DNA from: an uncultured Acidobacteriota bacterium
GTDB taxonomy: Bacteria; Acidobacteriota; Polarisedimenticolia; J045
Length of the DNA stretch: 64,000 nt
Assembly (NCBI GenBank): GCA_963702425.1
Contig: CAVPCQ010000028.1
Coordinates: 1 to 64,000 of the forward strand
Direction: 5' to 3'
Positions 32,266 to 41,942 of this stretch are shown piece by piece (the stretch's first letter is position 1; the number at the start of each line of letters is the position of its first letter). The notes under the pieces were generated by a model, which worked only from the letters and a program-made list of their open reading frames with translations, had not been told where the DNA came from and did not search any database. Both the position numbers and the translations under genes were made by a program.

Positions 32266-35200
32266 TCAGCGCTCCGGCGTCTCGACCGCGTCGCGCGGCG
32301 GCGCCCGGCGAACGGCCGCGGGCCGCAGCTCGATCGCGCCCTCGTTCGCGCTCCCCTCGATCTGCAGCGGCGGCAGCCGCGAGAGACCGCGGCGCGCCTC
32401 GACCGTGATCGCGACGAGCGCTCCCGAAGCCGCGAGCGGCTCGACACCGTAGAGGCCCAGCCGCAGCTCGCCCTCCGTGTCGTTCCAGGCGACCGCCATG
32501 CCCAAACCGATCCCGGCCGGCTGCGCGTCGACGATCGCGAGCCGTGCCGCGGGATAGGCGAGGCGCAGGTCGAGCGCCTCCACGCCCTCCGCGTTCTCCA
32601 GCCGCACCAGGACCTGCCTCCGTTCGCCGCGGGCCATGCGGCCGGGCGCGGCGTCGAGCGCGAGCACGGCGGGACCGGCCGTTGCGGGCCGCAGAACACG
32701 GGCACCGCCGCGGCCCTTCAGCCGCGCCGCGGTGGCGATGTCGCGCGCGGCGGCGGCGATCTCCGCGGGCGACGAGCCGGCAGGAACACCCGCAGGCGCT
32801 CGTGCGGCGAAACCGCCGCCGCCGCCGGCCTCCGGCAGCCAGTTCCCCGAGACGTCGCCGTAGAGGACCGCGTAGAAGTCGTCGACCGCGGGCTGCGCGA
32901 GCGGTTCGTGCACGTAGACGGGATCGCCGCAGTCCTGGTTCGCTGCGTCGTCGTAGGTGTCGCAGCGCAGGAAGCGCCAGTCCGAGCCGGCCGTCGCGGC
33001 CACGTCGAAGTGATCGATCAGCTGCGCCGCGAACTGCGCGATCCGGGCCGCGTCGAGCGACGAGGCCTCGCCGTTGCCGGTGACGTCGCCGGCCAGCAGC
33101 TGGTTCGCCGAGAGGTCGAGCGCCGACACGGCGCCGCGCGCGATCAGCGCGGCGTCGAAGGAGGTGACCGCGCCGTTGTGGTCGGACGCGCGCGGGGCTC
33201 CGAGCTTCGGCAGCGCTTCGACGCGCAGCCTCCCGCCGCGGTCGCCTGCCAGGTATGTGCCGTCGTGACCGGTGGTCGCCTCCGCGAGGCCGTCGCGGGA
33301 GAGGTCGATCGCGACGCCGGGCACGCCCTTCGCGCTCGGCTCGCCGGTCGCGCTGTCGCGGTAGTAGCGGACCGTTCCGGCGAGCGCGCAGGTCGGGGTG
33401 TGGGCGCAGCCGAGGGGGCCGCAGGCGTCGATCGTGCAGGCGCTCAGGTCGTCGCAGGCGCAGGCGCCGAGGCAGCAGCTCCCGACCTCCGTCCCGCGGC
33501 AGACGCGGCCGGCGCAGGCGTCGCCGTCGGTGCAGGGGTTGGCGTCGTCGCACGGCGCGGCATTGACGGCGTTCACGCAGTGCTCGCCGCTGCAGGCGTC
33601 GTCGGTGCACGGGTTGCCGTCGTCGCAGTCCTCGGGGAGGGTGCAGGACCGCGTGACCGGCGCGCGCAGCGCGCCGAAGTTCTGCGTCACGGTCCCGCCG
33701 CTCCAGATGTTGGGCGCGCCGAACGTGCTGGAGGTCCCGTCCTTGAAGTTGGAGGCCGCGGTGACGCCGGGTCCGGGGTCGGCCTCGAGCTTGCAGACCT
33801 CGTCGTTGCCGACCCCGCTCGCGGGGACGATCCCCTCGCCGGCCGGTCCGAAGACGACGACGCCCGACCGGTCGATCACGGTGATCTGCGAGTCGGAGTT
33901 CGACACGGAGAACGGGAGGGCGCTGATGTAGAGGCCGTCTCCCGCAGCTCCTGAGCGCAGGTTGATCCACCAGTCACCGGCCAGCGGGTCGTAGGAGACG
34001 TCGCTCGCCAGGTCGGCGGCGACGGTCAGGATCGTCCCGCTGCGCAGATCGGCGAGGAAGGGAGCCTCGGTGAAGATGAGGGGCTGCTGCGTTACGCCGT
34101 TGTCGCGGACGACGACCTGCCAGCCGCGCAGATCGAGGTGGTCCTGAACCACGACCAGCTCGAACCAGTCACCGCCGTTGCCGAGCACGCGGCCCCAGAA
34201 GGGGTCGCTGGCGGAGCCCGCGAGGAACCTGGTCGGCGACACGCCGTTGTACTCGTTCATGAAGATCGGCGTCGTGTTCGCGAGGTTCACCGTCGCGGGG
34301 GTGGCGTGGTTGAAGCGGGCCAGCGTCGAGCCGCCGTCGGGCAGGCGGCCGTACGAGACGTTGCGGGGCAGTGCGGGCCTCGCCAGCGAACTGACCAGGA
34401 TCCCGGCGGCGTCGTACAGGGAGACCGTGCCGGGTGCCGGCGTCAGCCGGAAGCCGGCATGCAGCGGGCCGTCCGACGGCTCGCCATCGGCGAAGACCAG
34501 CAGTCGGTCGTGCCCGCAGACCTCCGAGCCCGCGGGGATCGGCCACTTGCCGGGGACCGCCGGATCGTCCGTCAGGAACATCCCGCCCAGGTCGGCCGTG
34601 GCCGCGGACGGGTTGTAGAGCTCGATCCACGGCTCGAACTCGCCCAGCTCGTCGGCGACGGTCGAACCGTTGTCCGGCAGAACCTCGTTCACCACGGCGA
34701 GCGGGACGGGATCGAAGCTGGCGTCGTTGATCGCGCTCCAGGTCGCGGCGTCCAGCGCGCGCGTCCGCACCCGGGTCGGCGACACGATGACGAGCGGGCC
34801 GGCATAGGCCAGCGCGGCCGGCGCGACCGCGCCGCCCGGCAGGCGCGGGTCGCTGCCGTCCAGCGTGTAGTAGATCGTCCCCTTCGCGGCGCTGATCGAG
34901 AGGTTGGTGCCGATCGGCACGGAACCCCCCTGCGGGCTGAACACCGGGGGCGCCACGAACTGGGCGTCGAGCCAGGCGAGACGGTCGACCAGCCACTGGC
35001 GCGTCCAGGCGACGTCGTCCGCCCACGAGGCCCCGATGTACCAGTTGGGCCAGACGTACTGGCCGATGATCGGCCAGCGCTGGAAGTTGCGCGGCGCCGA
35101 CTCCTGCAGCTCGGCGATCGTCCCGTCGAAGTCGGCGAGCAGCTGCTGGTTGGAGAAGGGGCCGCGCCGCAGCTCGAACCACCGGTCGGCGTAGAGCTGC

Positions 35201-38079
35201 TTGAACTCCGGGTCCTGGAACAGACGGCGGAAGTAGGGGTAGTCGGTGTCGTTGAGCAGGTCGTAGTACCAGCCGGTCGGCTTCCAGCCGTCGAGGTAGT
35301 TCGCGTTCCCGAGGCTCAGGTTGTAGTCCCAGATCGGTCCCATGTTCAGCTTCCCGAGCCGGTCCTTGAACATGAAGCTGCTCAGGCGGTAGCCGTCGAT
35401 GTTCTTGGTCATCTCGACCAGGACGTGGTGGTCGACGAAGGACAGGGGGTCGATGTAGGCGGCGTATCCCGCGACCGGGTCCTTGAAGTCCGGGCCGTAG
35501 AGGACCGCCTCGAACTCGTCGAGATATCCCTTCAGCCAGGCGGCCTGGGCGGTCGTGATCTCCACTTCCTTGGGGTCGACGTAGGCCAGCCGCTGGCCGC
35601 GGCTGGTCAGGAACCCGACGTCGCCGGGGTCCAGCCGGTCCTTCTTGAAGATGTAGCTGCCGGTCACGTTGGGCGGCGTCTCGTCGGTCGGCAGCAGCTC
35701 CGTGACGTTCACCCGCGCCGGGTCCTGCTTGATCTTCTCCATCACGATGTAGATGCCGACGTAGTCGCTCGAAGTGACCGAGCCCGTTCCGGCCTTCAGA
35801 TACATCTCGCAGAACCGCGTGCGGACCGCGTAGCGCCCGGTCGCGCGGTACCAGCCGTAGGCCATGGCGTTCTGGATCAGCGACTTCTCCGAGTACGGGG
35901 CGTAGAGGATCCAATCGGATTCCGGCGGGAAATCCAGGAACGTGACGTCGCGGTCCTTGCGGTCGTCGTCCCACGTCTCGAGCGCGTACTGCTTCTTCGG
36001 GAAGCTGGTCGAGCTGGACCCGCGGATCCGGATCCCCGCCGGCCCCACGAAGTCGGGCTGGTCGGTCATCGTCGCTCGCCCGGCGGTCGTGTCGATCACG
36101 CTGGTGAGCGTCTCGGTGAGCCAGTCCTGGGCGATCCCGGCCCCGAAGGTGTGGACCACCACGATCGGCAGGTTGGAGTTGAACGCCGCCGCGGAGGGGT
36201 CGAGCTTGGCGTACAGGCGCGAGACCAGCGGGCCGGGGGCCAGGCCGGGCTGGAACACGCGGGCCCGCACGCGCATCGAGGTGTTGATCGCGATCGGGCC
36301 GGAGTAGACCGTCCCGTTGGTCTCGGTCGGGTCGGTCCCGTTGGTCGTGTAGCGGATCACGCCGTCCGGCGCGAGGCAGCTCAGCGTCAGCGAGAAGTCA
36401 CTCGTGAAGGTCGCGCTGGCGTGGGAGAACAGGGGGACGGCGGAAACGCCCGGGTAGCCGGCGTAGCGGTTGACCTTCCCGGGCGTCGGGGTGGTGAAGT
36501 ACCGTGGCGCGCCGGGATCGAACGCCGCCCCGATCGACTGCAGGTCGGGGAGTACGAGAAAGTCCGGGTCGGCCGCGGCGTCGTTGAGGGCGTGCAGGGC
36601 CAGGACGTTGGTTCCCGGCTGAAGCAGGCCGACCGCGCCGGTCAGGTCGATCCGCTCGGGGACGGTGGCGCTCTCGATCGGCCGGTCGGCCGCCGCCGCC
36701 GCGTCCCACGCGGCCGGCGAGGGCGCGTTCCGGAGCGCGACCTCCTCCCCGTTGAGGTAGGCGACGAAGCCGTCCTCGTACTCCATGCGCAGGATCAGCA
36801 GCCCCAGGCTCGACGGGTCGGCCACCTCGAAGTCCAGCCGCGCCCAGAGCGAGGAGTTCACGCCGCGCATGGCGGCGCCGAGGTCGGTCGCGATCTCGGA
36901 GATCAGGCCGTTGACCGCCAGCCCGCCGTTCGCGGTGTCGCCGACCAGGTCGAAAGCCCCGGAGTTCCAGCTCGTGTACGCCCCCGGCGCCGCGAACAGC
37001 TCCAGCTCCGAGCCGCCGCCGCGCTCGTACATGACCAGGCGCAGCCGGTACGGCCCGGGCGCGGTGACGTTGAAGGTGGCCAGGGTGTCGCTCGCGCCCC
37101 GCTGGCCGGGGAAGGCGGATTCGAAGACGTCCGGCTCGCGGGTCAGTTGCAGGCTGTAGCCGTCGTCGCTGTTGACGCCGAAGGTCCACGGTCCCGCCGT
37201 GGGGATGATCACGTGGCCGGTGACCAGGACGACGAAGTCGTTGACGTCGACCCCGATCGTGGTGCCGGGGAAGGGACGGTCGCCCGTGTAGTGGGCCGCG
37301 CTGCCGGTGTTGAGGTAGTTGACCACGGACGCGGTCTCGGTCGCGACGCTGCTCTGCATCGCGGGGTCATCGATGACCGCCTCGGCCGTGGCGAGGTCGT
37401 TGACCGGGATGCTGGCCTTGTACCAGGTGACGGTGAAGCCGGTCGTCGTGTTTCCGGCGAAGCCGAGGCCCGTGGGCCCGGTCGGCCATGCGGCGTCGTC
37501 GAAGAACGGCGCCGCCCAGTCGTCGCCGAGCGCGCTGTCGTCGGCAGTCGGCACGTGCCAGGAGGCGGTCGAGCCCCTCGCCAGGTACTGCGTCGCGGAC
37601 TGCTCGAAGCCGTACGAGGTGTCCCTGACCTGGGCGGGATACTGCGGTGCGAACTCCTGCGCGATCGTCGTCCCGTCCGGCTTGACCAGCGCGAGGTACT
37701 CGCCGGCCGCGTCGAGCTTGAAGCTCGCGTGGAGCGTCTGGCCCGCGACCGCACGGTTCTTGCCGGAGGCGAAGACGACGAGCGAGTCGCCCCGCGCCAG
37801 CGTGACCGCGGGGAAGCGCCACTTCGTGAGGTCGTCCGGGTCGTCGGTCAGCGACCAGCCCGCGAGGCTGACGCTGGGAAGGCAGGGGTTGTACACCTCG
37901 ATCCAGTCGGTGTACTCCCCGTCGTCGTCGACCAGCGTGTGGTCGTTGGCCGCCATGAACTCGCTGATCACCAGCTCGACGCCGGGGTCGCACGCCGCTC
38001 CGGCGTCGGACACCGGGACGAGCAAGACCGTCGCCGCCAGGAGGGCGGCGCCCAGGGCACTTCGCATCGACATGAGCAT
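32266..38079 (-). CDS. Large secreted CotH-kinase protein with lamin-tail, PA14-like, Fn3-associated, Cys-rich repeat, dockerin-like and cohesin-like domains
   Basis: ISEFMAAN..DWIEVYN (LTD), FGVNSDDG (PA14), IRYTTNGTDP, GIRIRGSSS..PKKQY and GPIWDYNLSLGN (CotH), CDDGNPCTDDAC repeats, GDVTGNGEASSLDA. Confidence 0.85.
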   Translation of the reverse strand: MLMSMRSALGAALLAATVLLVPVSDAGAACDPGVELVISEFMAANDHTLVDDDGEYTDWIEVYNPCLPSVSLAGWSLTDDPDDLTKWRFPAVTLARGDSLVVFASGKNRAVAGQTLHASFKLDAAGEYLALVKPDGTTIAQEFAPQYPAQVRDTSYGFEQSATQYLARGSTASWHVPTADDSALGDDWAAPFFDDAAWPTGPTGLGFAGNTTTGFTVTWYKASIPVNDLATAEAVIDDPAMQSSVATETASVVNYLNTGSAAHYTGDRPFPGTTIGVDVNDFVVLVTGHVIIPTAGPWTFGVNSDDGYSLQLTREPDVFESAFPGQRGASDTLATFNVTAPGPYRLRLVMYERGGGSELELFAAPGAYTSWNSGAFDLVGDTANGGLAVNGLISEIATDLGAAMRGVNSSLWARLDFEVADPSSLGLLILRMEYEDGFVAYLNGEEVALRNAPSPAAWDAAAAADRPIESATVPERIDLTGAVGLLQPGTNVLALHALNDAAADPDFLVLPDLQSIGAAFDPGAPRYFTTPTPGKVNRYAGYPGVSAVPLFSHASATFTSDFSLTLSCLAPDGVIRYTTNGTDPTETNGTVYSGPIAINTSMRVRARVFQPGLAPGPLVSRLYAKLDPSAAAFNSNLPIVVVHTFGAGIAQDWLTETLTSVIDTTAGRATMTDQPDFVGPAGIRIRGSSSTSFPKKQYALETWDDDRKDRDVTFLDFPPESDWILYAPYSEKSLIQNAMAYGWYRATGRYAVRTRFCEMYLKAGTGSVTSSDYVGIYIVMEKIKQDPARVNVTELLPTDETPPNVTGSYIFKKDRLDPGDVGFLTSRGQRLAYVDPKEVEITTAQAAWLKGYLDEFEAVLYGPDFKDPVAGYAAYIDPLSFVDHHVLVEMTKNIDGYRLSSFMFKDRLGKLNMGPIWDYNLSLGNANYLDGWKPTGWYYDLLNDTDYPYFRRLFQDPEFKQLYADRWFELRRGPFSNQQLLADFDGTIAELQESAPRNFQRWPIIGQYVWPNWYIGASWADDVAWTRQWLVDRLAWLDAQFVAPPVFSPQGGSVPIGTNLSISAAKGTIYYTLDGSDPRLPGGAVAPAALAYAGPLVIVSPTRVRTRALDAATWSAINDASFDPVPLAVVNEVLPDNGSTVADELGEFEPWIELYNPSAATADLGGMFLTDDPAVPGKWPIPAGSEVCGHDRLLVFADGEPSDGPLHAGFRLTPAPGTVSLYDAAGILVSSLARPALPRNVSYGRLPDGGSTLARFNHATPATVNLANTTPIFMNEYNGVSPTRFLAGSASDPFWGRVLGNGGDWFELVVVQDHLDLRGWQVVVRDNGVTQQPLIFTEAPFLADLRSGTILTVAADLASDVSYDPLAGDWWINLRSGAAGDGLYISALPFSVSNSDSQITVIDRSGVVVFGPAGEGIVPASGVGNDEVCKLEADPGPGVTAASNFKDGTSSTFGAPNIWSGGTVTQNFGALRAPVTRSCTLPEDCDDGNPCTDDACSGEHCVNAVNAAPCDDANPCTDGDACAGRVCRGTEVGSCCLGACACDDLSACTIDACGPLGCAHTPTCALAGTVRYYRDSATGEPSAKGVPGVAIDLSRDGLAEATTGHDGTYLAGDRGGRLRVEALPKLGAPRASDHNGAVTSFDAALIARGAVSALDLSANQLLAGDVTGNGEASSLDAARIAQFAAQLIDHFDVAATAGSDWRFLRCDTYDDAANQDCGDPVYVHEPLAQPAVDDFYAVLYGDVSGNWLPEAGGGGGFAARAPAGVPAGSSPAEIAAAARDIATAARLKGRGGARVLRPATAGPAVLALDAAPGRMARGERRQVLVRLENAEGVEALDLRLAYPAARLAIVDAQPAGIGLGMAVAWNDTEGELRLGLYGVEPLAASGALVAITVEARRGLSRLPPLQIEGSANEGAIELRPAAVRRAPPRDAVETPER

Positions 38080-38279
38080 TCCCCCCGGAATCGCCAGCCG
38101 GCCGGGTCTTTTCCCCGGCGAACTTGCCAGTTAATGATACGCCGACCGGTCCCGAGGGGAGCCGATTCGTGGAAAGGCCCGCGCCGGTTCGTTTTTCGCC
38201 GGTTCAGTCCGCAGCCCCGGGCCCCCCCGGGGGGGGGTGGGGGGTAGAGCCCCGTGCGGGACACCGGTAGAGTCGCCCG

Positions 38280-39320
38280 GTGACTCGGGCTCGCGGGTTC
38301 AGCGTAGTTGTCCTCGTTGCGTCGATGGCCGCAGCGGCCGCCTGGCTTCCGGCGTTCGCCGCCAAGACCGACATCGTCGTGCTGAAGAACGGTGACCGGC
38401 TCACCGGGGAGATCAAAAAGCTCGAGCGCGGTTACCTCACCTTCAAGACCGACGACATCGGGACGCTCAGCGTCGAGTGGGAGGATGTCGCCGAGGTCAT
38501 GGCGAACACCAGTTTCGAGGTCGACGATCGGCAGGGCGGGATCTACTTCGGTACGCTGCAGCCGGGCCCGGGCGAGGGGCAGCTCTCCATCGTCGGCCTG
38601 ATGGGCCGCCAGGTCGTCGAGATGGCCGACGTCTTCCACATCCTGCGCCTGGGGAGTTCCTTCTGGGAGGGCGTGGACGGCTCGATCAACGCCGGCCTGA
38701 GCTACACGAGCGCGGGCAGGCTGGGCACCCTCGACATCTTCGTCGACACGGTCTTCAAGCGTCCGTCCTACGAGGTCGGCTTCACGTTCACCTCGACGCT
38801 CACCCGGCAGCCGGAGGTCGAAGACACGCGGCGCAACGACCTGACGATGAACTACATCCATCGCTATCCCGACCGGTGGCTCGCTTTCGGTCTCGCCGAA
38901 CTGGAGCAGAACCGCGCGCTGGGGATCGACCTGCGGGCCTCGATCGCCGGCGGCGGCGGCCGGTTCCTCGTCCAGACCCCGCACAGCGAGCTGCTGCTCG
39001 GGGTCGGCCTCAACCTGAACCGCGAGGTCCCGGTCGAAGAGCCGCCCAGCGACAACGTCGAGCTGATGATCCCGCTGCGCTACGACAAGTTCGCCTATGA
39101 CTTCCCCAAGATCGACATCTATGTGGGTTTCGTGACCTATGTTGGCCTCACCGACTGGGGACGCGTCCGCGCGGAGCTCAACCTGCGCCTGGCACGAGAG
39201 CTGTTCAAGGACTTCAGTGCGTCGCTGATCGGCTGGGAGAGCTACGACAGCCGCCCCCCGACGGTCGACGGGCCGAACCACGACTACGGCGCGACGTTCA
39301 CGCTGGGGTGGACCTTCTGA
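38280..39320 (+). CDS. DUF481-like outer-membrane beta-barrel protein
   Basis: Signal peptide; DIVVLKNGDRLTGEIK N-domain; alternating beta strands; C-terminal LGWTF. Confidence 0.8.
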   Translation: MTRARGFSVVVLVASMAAAAAWLPAFAAKTDIVVLKNGDRLTGEIKKLERGYLTFKTDDIGTLSVEWEDVAEVMANTSFEVDDRQGGIYFGTLQPGPGEGQLSIVGLMGRQVVEMADVFHILRLGSSFWEGVDGSINAGLSYTSAGRLGTLDIFVDTVFKRPSYEVGFTFTSTLTRQPEVEDTRRNDLTMNYIHRYPDRWLAFGLAELEQNRALGIDLRASIAGGGGRFLVQTPHSELLLGVGLNLNREVPVEEPPSDNVELMIPLRYDKFAYDFPKIDIYVGFVTYVGLTDWGRVRAELNLRLARELFKDFSASLIGWESYDSRPPTVDGPNHDYGATFTLGWTF

Positions 39321-41860
39321 GGCGTGACCCCGGCGGCCCCCCGGCCGCTCGCGGGCGATTCCAGGACCTCGAACAGCGCCGCCGCCAGCGGCGTCCGCAG
39401 CGTCAGCCTCTCCGGCGCGCGGGTGATGTCGCCGGGCGCCGGCACCCCGTCGCGCAGCACGATCGCCTCGGGCGTCCAGCTCCCGCGGAAGACCAGCTCC
39501 AGCGACTCCGACGCGCCGGCGCGGAGCGTCGATCCGGTCAGGTCGATCGAGCCGGGGCCGTGGCGCACGTCGAGCCGATGGCCGCGGTAGACGACGCTCC
39601 GCACCCCCATTTCGTCGAGCGACGGTGGCCGCGACGGCGCGATCCGCAGCAGCCCCGGCGCGTTCGACTCGATCCCCAGCCACGCGACCGGCCACGCCGC
39701 GGGGACCAGCATGTTCTCGACGAACTCGCAGTCCAGGCCGATCCCTCCCGGGACGCCGCACCCCTGCAGCGCGCCCAGTTCGGGGTGGGCGGCGTAGTAG
39801 TCGCGGTAGAAGTTCGCGCCGCGGCCGCCGAACTCGCGCACGGTGCGGTGGTGGTCGAGCATCCGGGACCAGACCGCCCACGCGCCGGCGACGTCGCCGT
39901 AGCGCAGCCGCCCCTGCACGTCGAAGAAGGTCGTGTGGAGCGAGCTGCCGCCGTCCTCGACCTGGCCGTCGAACGGCACGGTCCAGCCGCTCCAGCCCCA
40001 GATCCAGTCGAAGGCGTTGCGCCGCGCGTTGGCTCGCGCGGCGAAGCGGCTGGCGTAGAGGTCCGCGCCGGTCGAGGTGTCGCCGGCGACGGCGCGCGTC
40101 CCGTCGAGCCATTCGAGGATCGAGCGCGCCTCGGTCGCGTCGGGAATCCCCGCCGCGAGCGCCTCGAGGTTGGCGTGCACCGCGCCGTAGTCCCGGAGAA
40201 CCCCGTCCGCCCCGCGCCAGGTCGCGTAGCGGGCGGACAGCGGGTCCCAGAACTCGGCGCGGATCGCGGCGCGCACCGACGGGAGGCGCGCGCGCAGCGA
40301 CGCCGCGGTCTCGGCGTAGGGAATCGTCGATGAGCCGTCGGGTCCGAGCACGGTCGGCTTCGGGGAGTCGTACGCCGGGTTGAGCTCGATCCAGGCTTCG
40401 AGCTCCGCCATGGCGGCGAGCGCCGTGTAGAAGCGGACCGCCGCCAGCAGGTCGCGCGGCCCGGTGGTGACGATGTCGAACCAGTTGTTGGGGAGCCCGT
40501 GGCCGACGCGGGGCTGGTTGATGCCGGCCCAGCCCACCCCGTCGTGGCCGGTGAACCAGGCGTGATCGGGCAGGTTCAGCTCGTTGCCGCGCATGTGGGT
40601 CAGCATGAACTGCGTCGCCTGGCGCAGGCGCGGCAGCTGGTCGGCGAGGTACCCGGTGTCCCCGTCCCAGAAAAACTTGCGCGCCACCGCGCGGATGAAG
40701 ATCGGGTTGTTGATCGATTCGCGCGTGTCGTAGTCCAGGCGCAGGAAGTTGAGCCGCCAGCTCGCCGTGCGGGGTGTCGTGGTCTCGAGCGGATCCAGGC
40801 GCACGCGGGTGATCGTCTGGCCGCTCCACCCGGGGTGCAGGTGCATCGGCAGGTGGAAGGTCGCGAGCGTGCCTCCCGCGGCGAACGGACCGGCCGGGGT
40901 GAGCGGGAAGCTGTCCGAGGTCACGCTCCGCTCGAGCGACCAGGTGGGCGCGTCCGCGGTCTGCCAGTAGAAGCGCCAGGTGCGCTCGCCTGGCTGGGCG
41001 AAGAGGTCGATCCGGTCGTACTGGATCTCGAAGTCGACGAACGGCGCCTGGAACGCGTCGACGGCGATCGCCGGGGAGATCAGCCGGGGGTCGGCTTTCG
41101 TGGTGCTGCCGTACCACTCGCCGTCGTGGGCCGAGTCGTTCTTCGCGTTGACGAGCGTCCACCCCTCGGCATCGGACGCGTTCCACTCCCATCCGGCGGA
41201 GTGGCCTTGGCTGTCGGCGTAGGTCGGGAAGGCCCAGCCCTGCCGGAAGCAGCAGTTGGGCGCCGCGGTCGGCGGCTCGGGGCCCGCGCCGCCCGAGAAG
41301 TAGTAGCCGAACTTGTCGACCGGGATGACGGCGGTCATGTACGCGAAGAACCAGACGCGCTCGTCGAGCGGGTAGTTGAGCGGCGAGTAGTCGTGCCAGA
41401 GCAGCTCGTCGACCTCCCAGTCCCGCCAGAGCGTGACCGTCCAGTTGGCGGGGTTCGCGGAGTCCGCCCGCCGGAGGCTGTCGTCGGCGTACTCCGCGCG
41501 CGCGTGCCGGACGAAGAGGTCATTGAGCAGGTCGTCATGGGCGGCGTCGGACGAGTAGAACTGTGGCCAGCGCGGGAGGACCTGGTAGAAGAACGCCGCG
41601 CCGGTCGGTGGCACGTCGACGGCGGCGCGTTCGCGGGTGAGAGCAATGCGGTGCGCCGCATCGGCCGAGACGATGCGGGGATCGGCCGCGCGGAAGACTT
41701 CGAATCCAGGCCGGGCCCCGCTCCACTCGAGAACGATCTCGCCGGGCGAGGCGCCGCGGCGTACCGACAGCTCGATCCCGTCCCCAGGTGCGGCGCGCGC
41801 GCCGGCTGCGGACAGCAGGATGGCCGTGCAAAGAGCGGTCGCGAGCCGACCAGCGGGCAT
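39284..41860 (-). CDS. Secreted putative (alpha/alpha)6 glycoside-hydrolase-like protein with a CBM-like insert
   Basis: Signal peptide ending ARA; Trp/Asp-rich core (NNWFDIV, EFWD, DYGAVHAN, GQVEDGG). Family not assignable by eye. Confidence 0.55.
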   Translation of the reverse strand: MPAGRLATALCTAILLSAAGARAAPGDGIELSVRRGASPGEIVLEWSGARPGFEVFRAADPRIVSADAAHRIALTRERAAVDVPPTGAAFFYQVLPRWPQFYSSDAAHDDLLNDLFVRHARAEYADDSLRRADSANPANWTVTLWRDWEVDELLWHDYSPLNYPLDERVWFFAYMTAVIPVDKFGYYFSGGAGPEPPTAAPNCCFRQGWAFPTYADSQGHSAGWEWNASDAEGWTLVNAKNDSAHDGEWYGSTTKADPRLISPAIAVDAFQAPFVDFEIQYDRIDLFAQPGERTWRFYWQTADAPTWSLERSVTSDSFPLTPAGPFAAGGTLATFHLPMHLHPGWSGQTITRVRLDPLETTTPRTASWRLNFLRLDYDTRESINNPIFIRAVARKFFWDGDTGYLADQLPRLRQATQFMLTHMRGNELNLPDHAWFTGHDGVGWAGINQPRVGHGLPNNWFDIVTTGPRDLLAAVRFYTALAAMAELEAWIELNPAYDSPKPTVLGPDGSSTIPYAETAASLRARLPSVRAAIRAEFWDPLSARYATWRGADGVLRDYGAVHANLEALAAGIPDATEARSILEWLDGTRAVAGDTSTGADLYASRFAARANARRNAFDWIWGWSGWTVPFDGQVEDGGSSLHTTFFDVQGRLRYGDVAGAWAVWSRMLDHHRTVREFGGRGANFYRDYYAAHPELGALQGCGVPGGIGLDCEFVENMLVPAAWPVAWLGIESNAPGLLRIAPSRPPSLDEMGVRSVVYRGHRLDVRHGPGSIDLTGSTLRAGASESLELVFRGSWTPEAIVLRDGVPAPGDITRAPERLTLRTPLAAALFEVLESPASGRGAAGVTPQKVHPSVNVAP

Positions 41861-41942
41861 CCGGCAGAACCTCCCACGCGAACATATACGACGATCAGGG
41901 TGTCGATGGGACGGGGAGAACTGCAGGAGCCGACGCGCCCGC

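Noticed and set aside
39284-39320. 37-bp convergent overlap between DUF481 and glycosidase 3' ends as a functional feature
   Set aside because: Short 3' overlaps are common in GC-rich genomes and could result from an indel.
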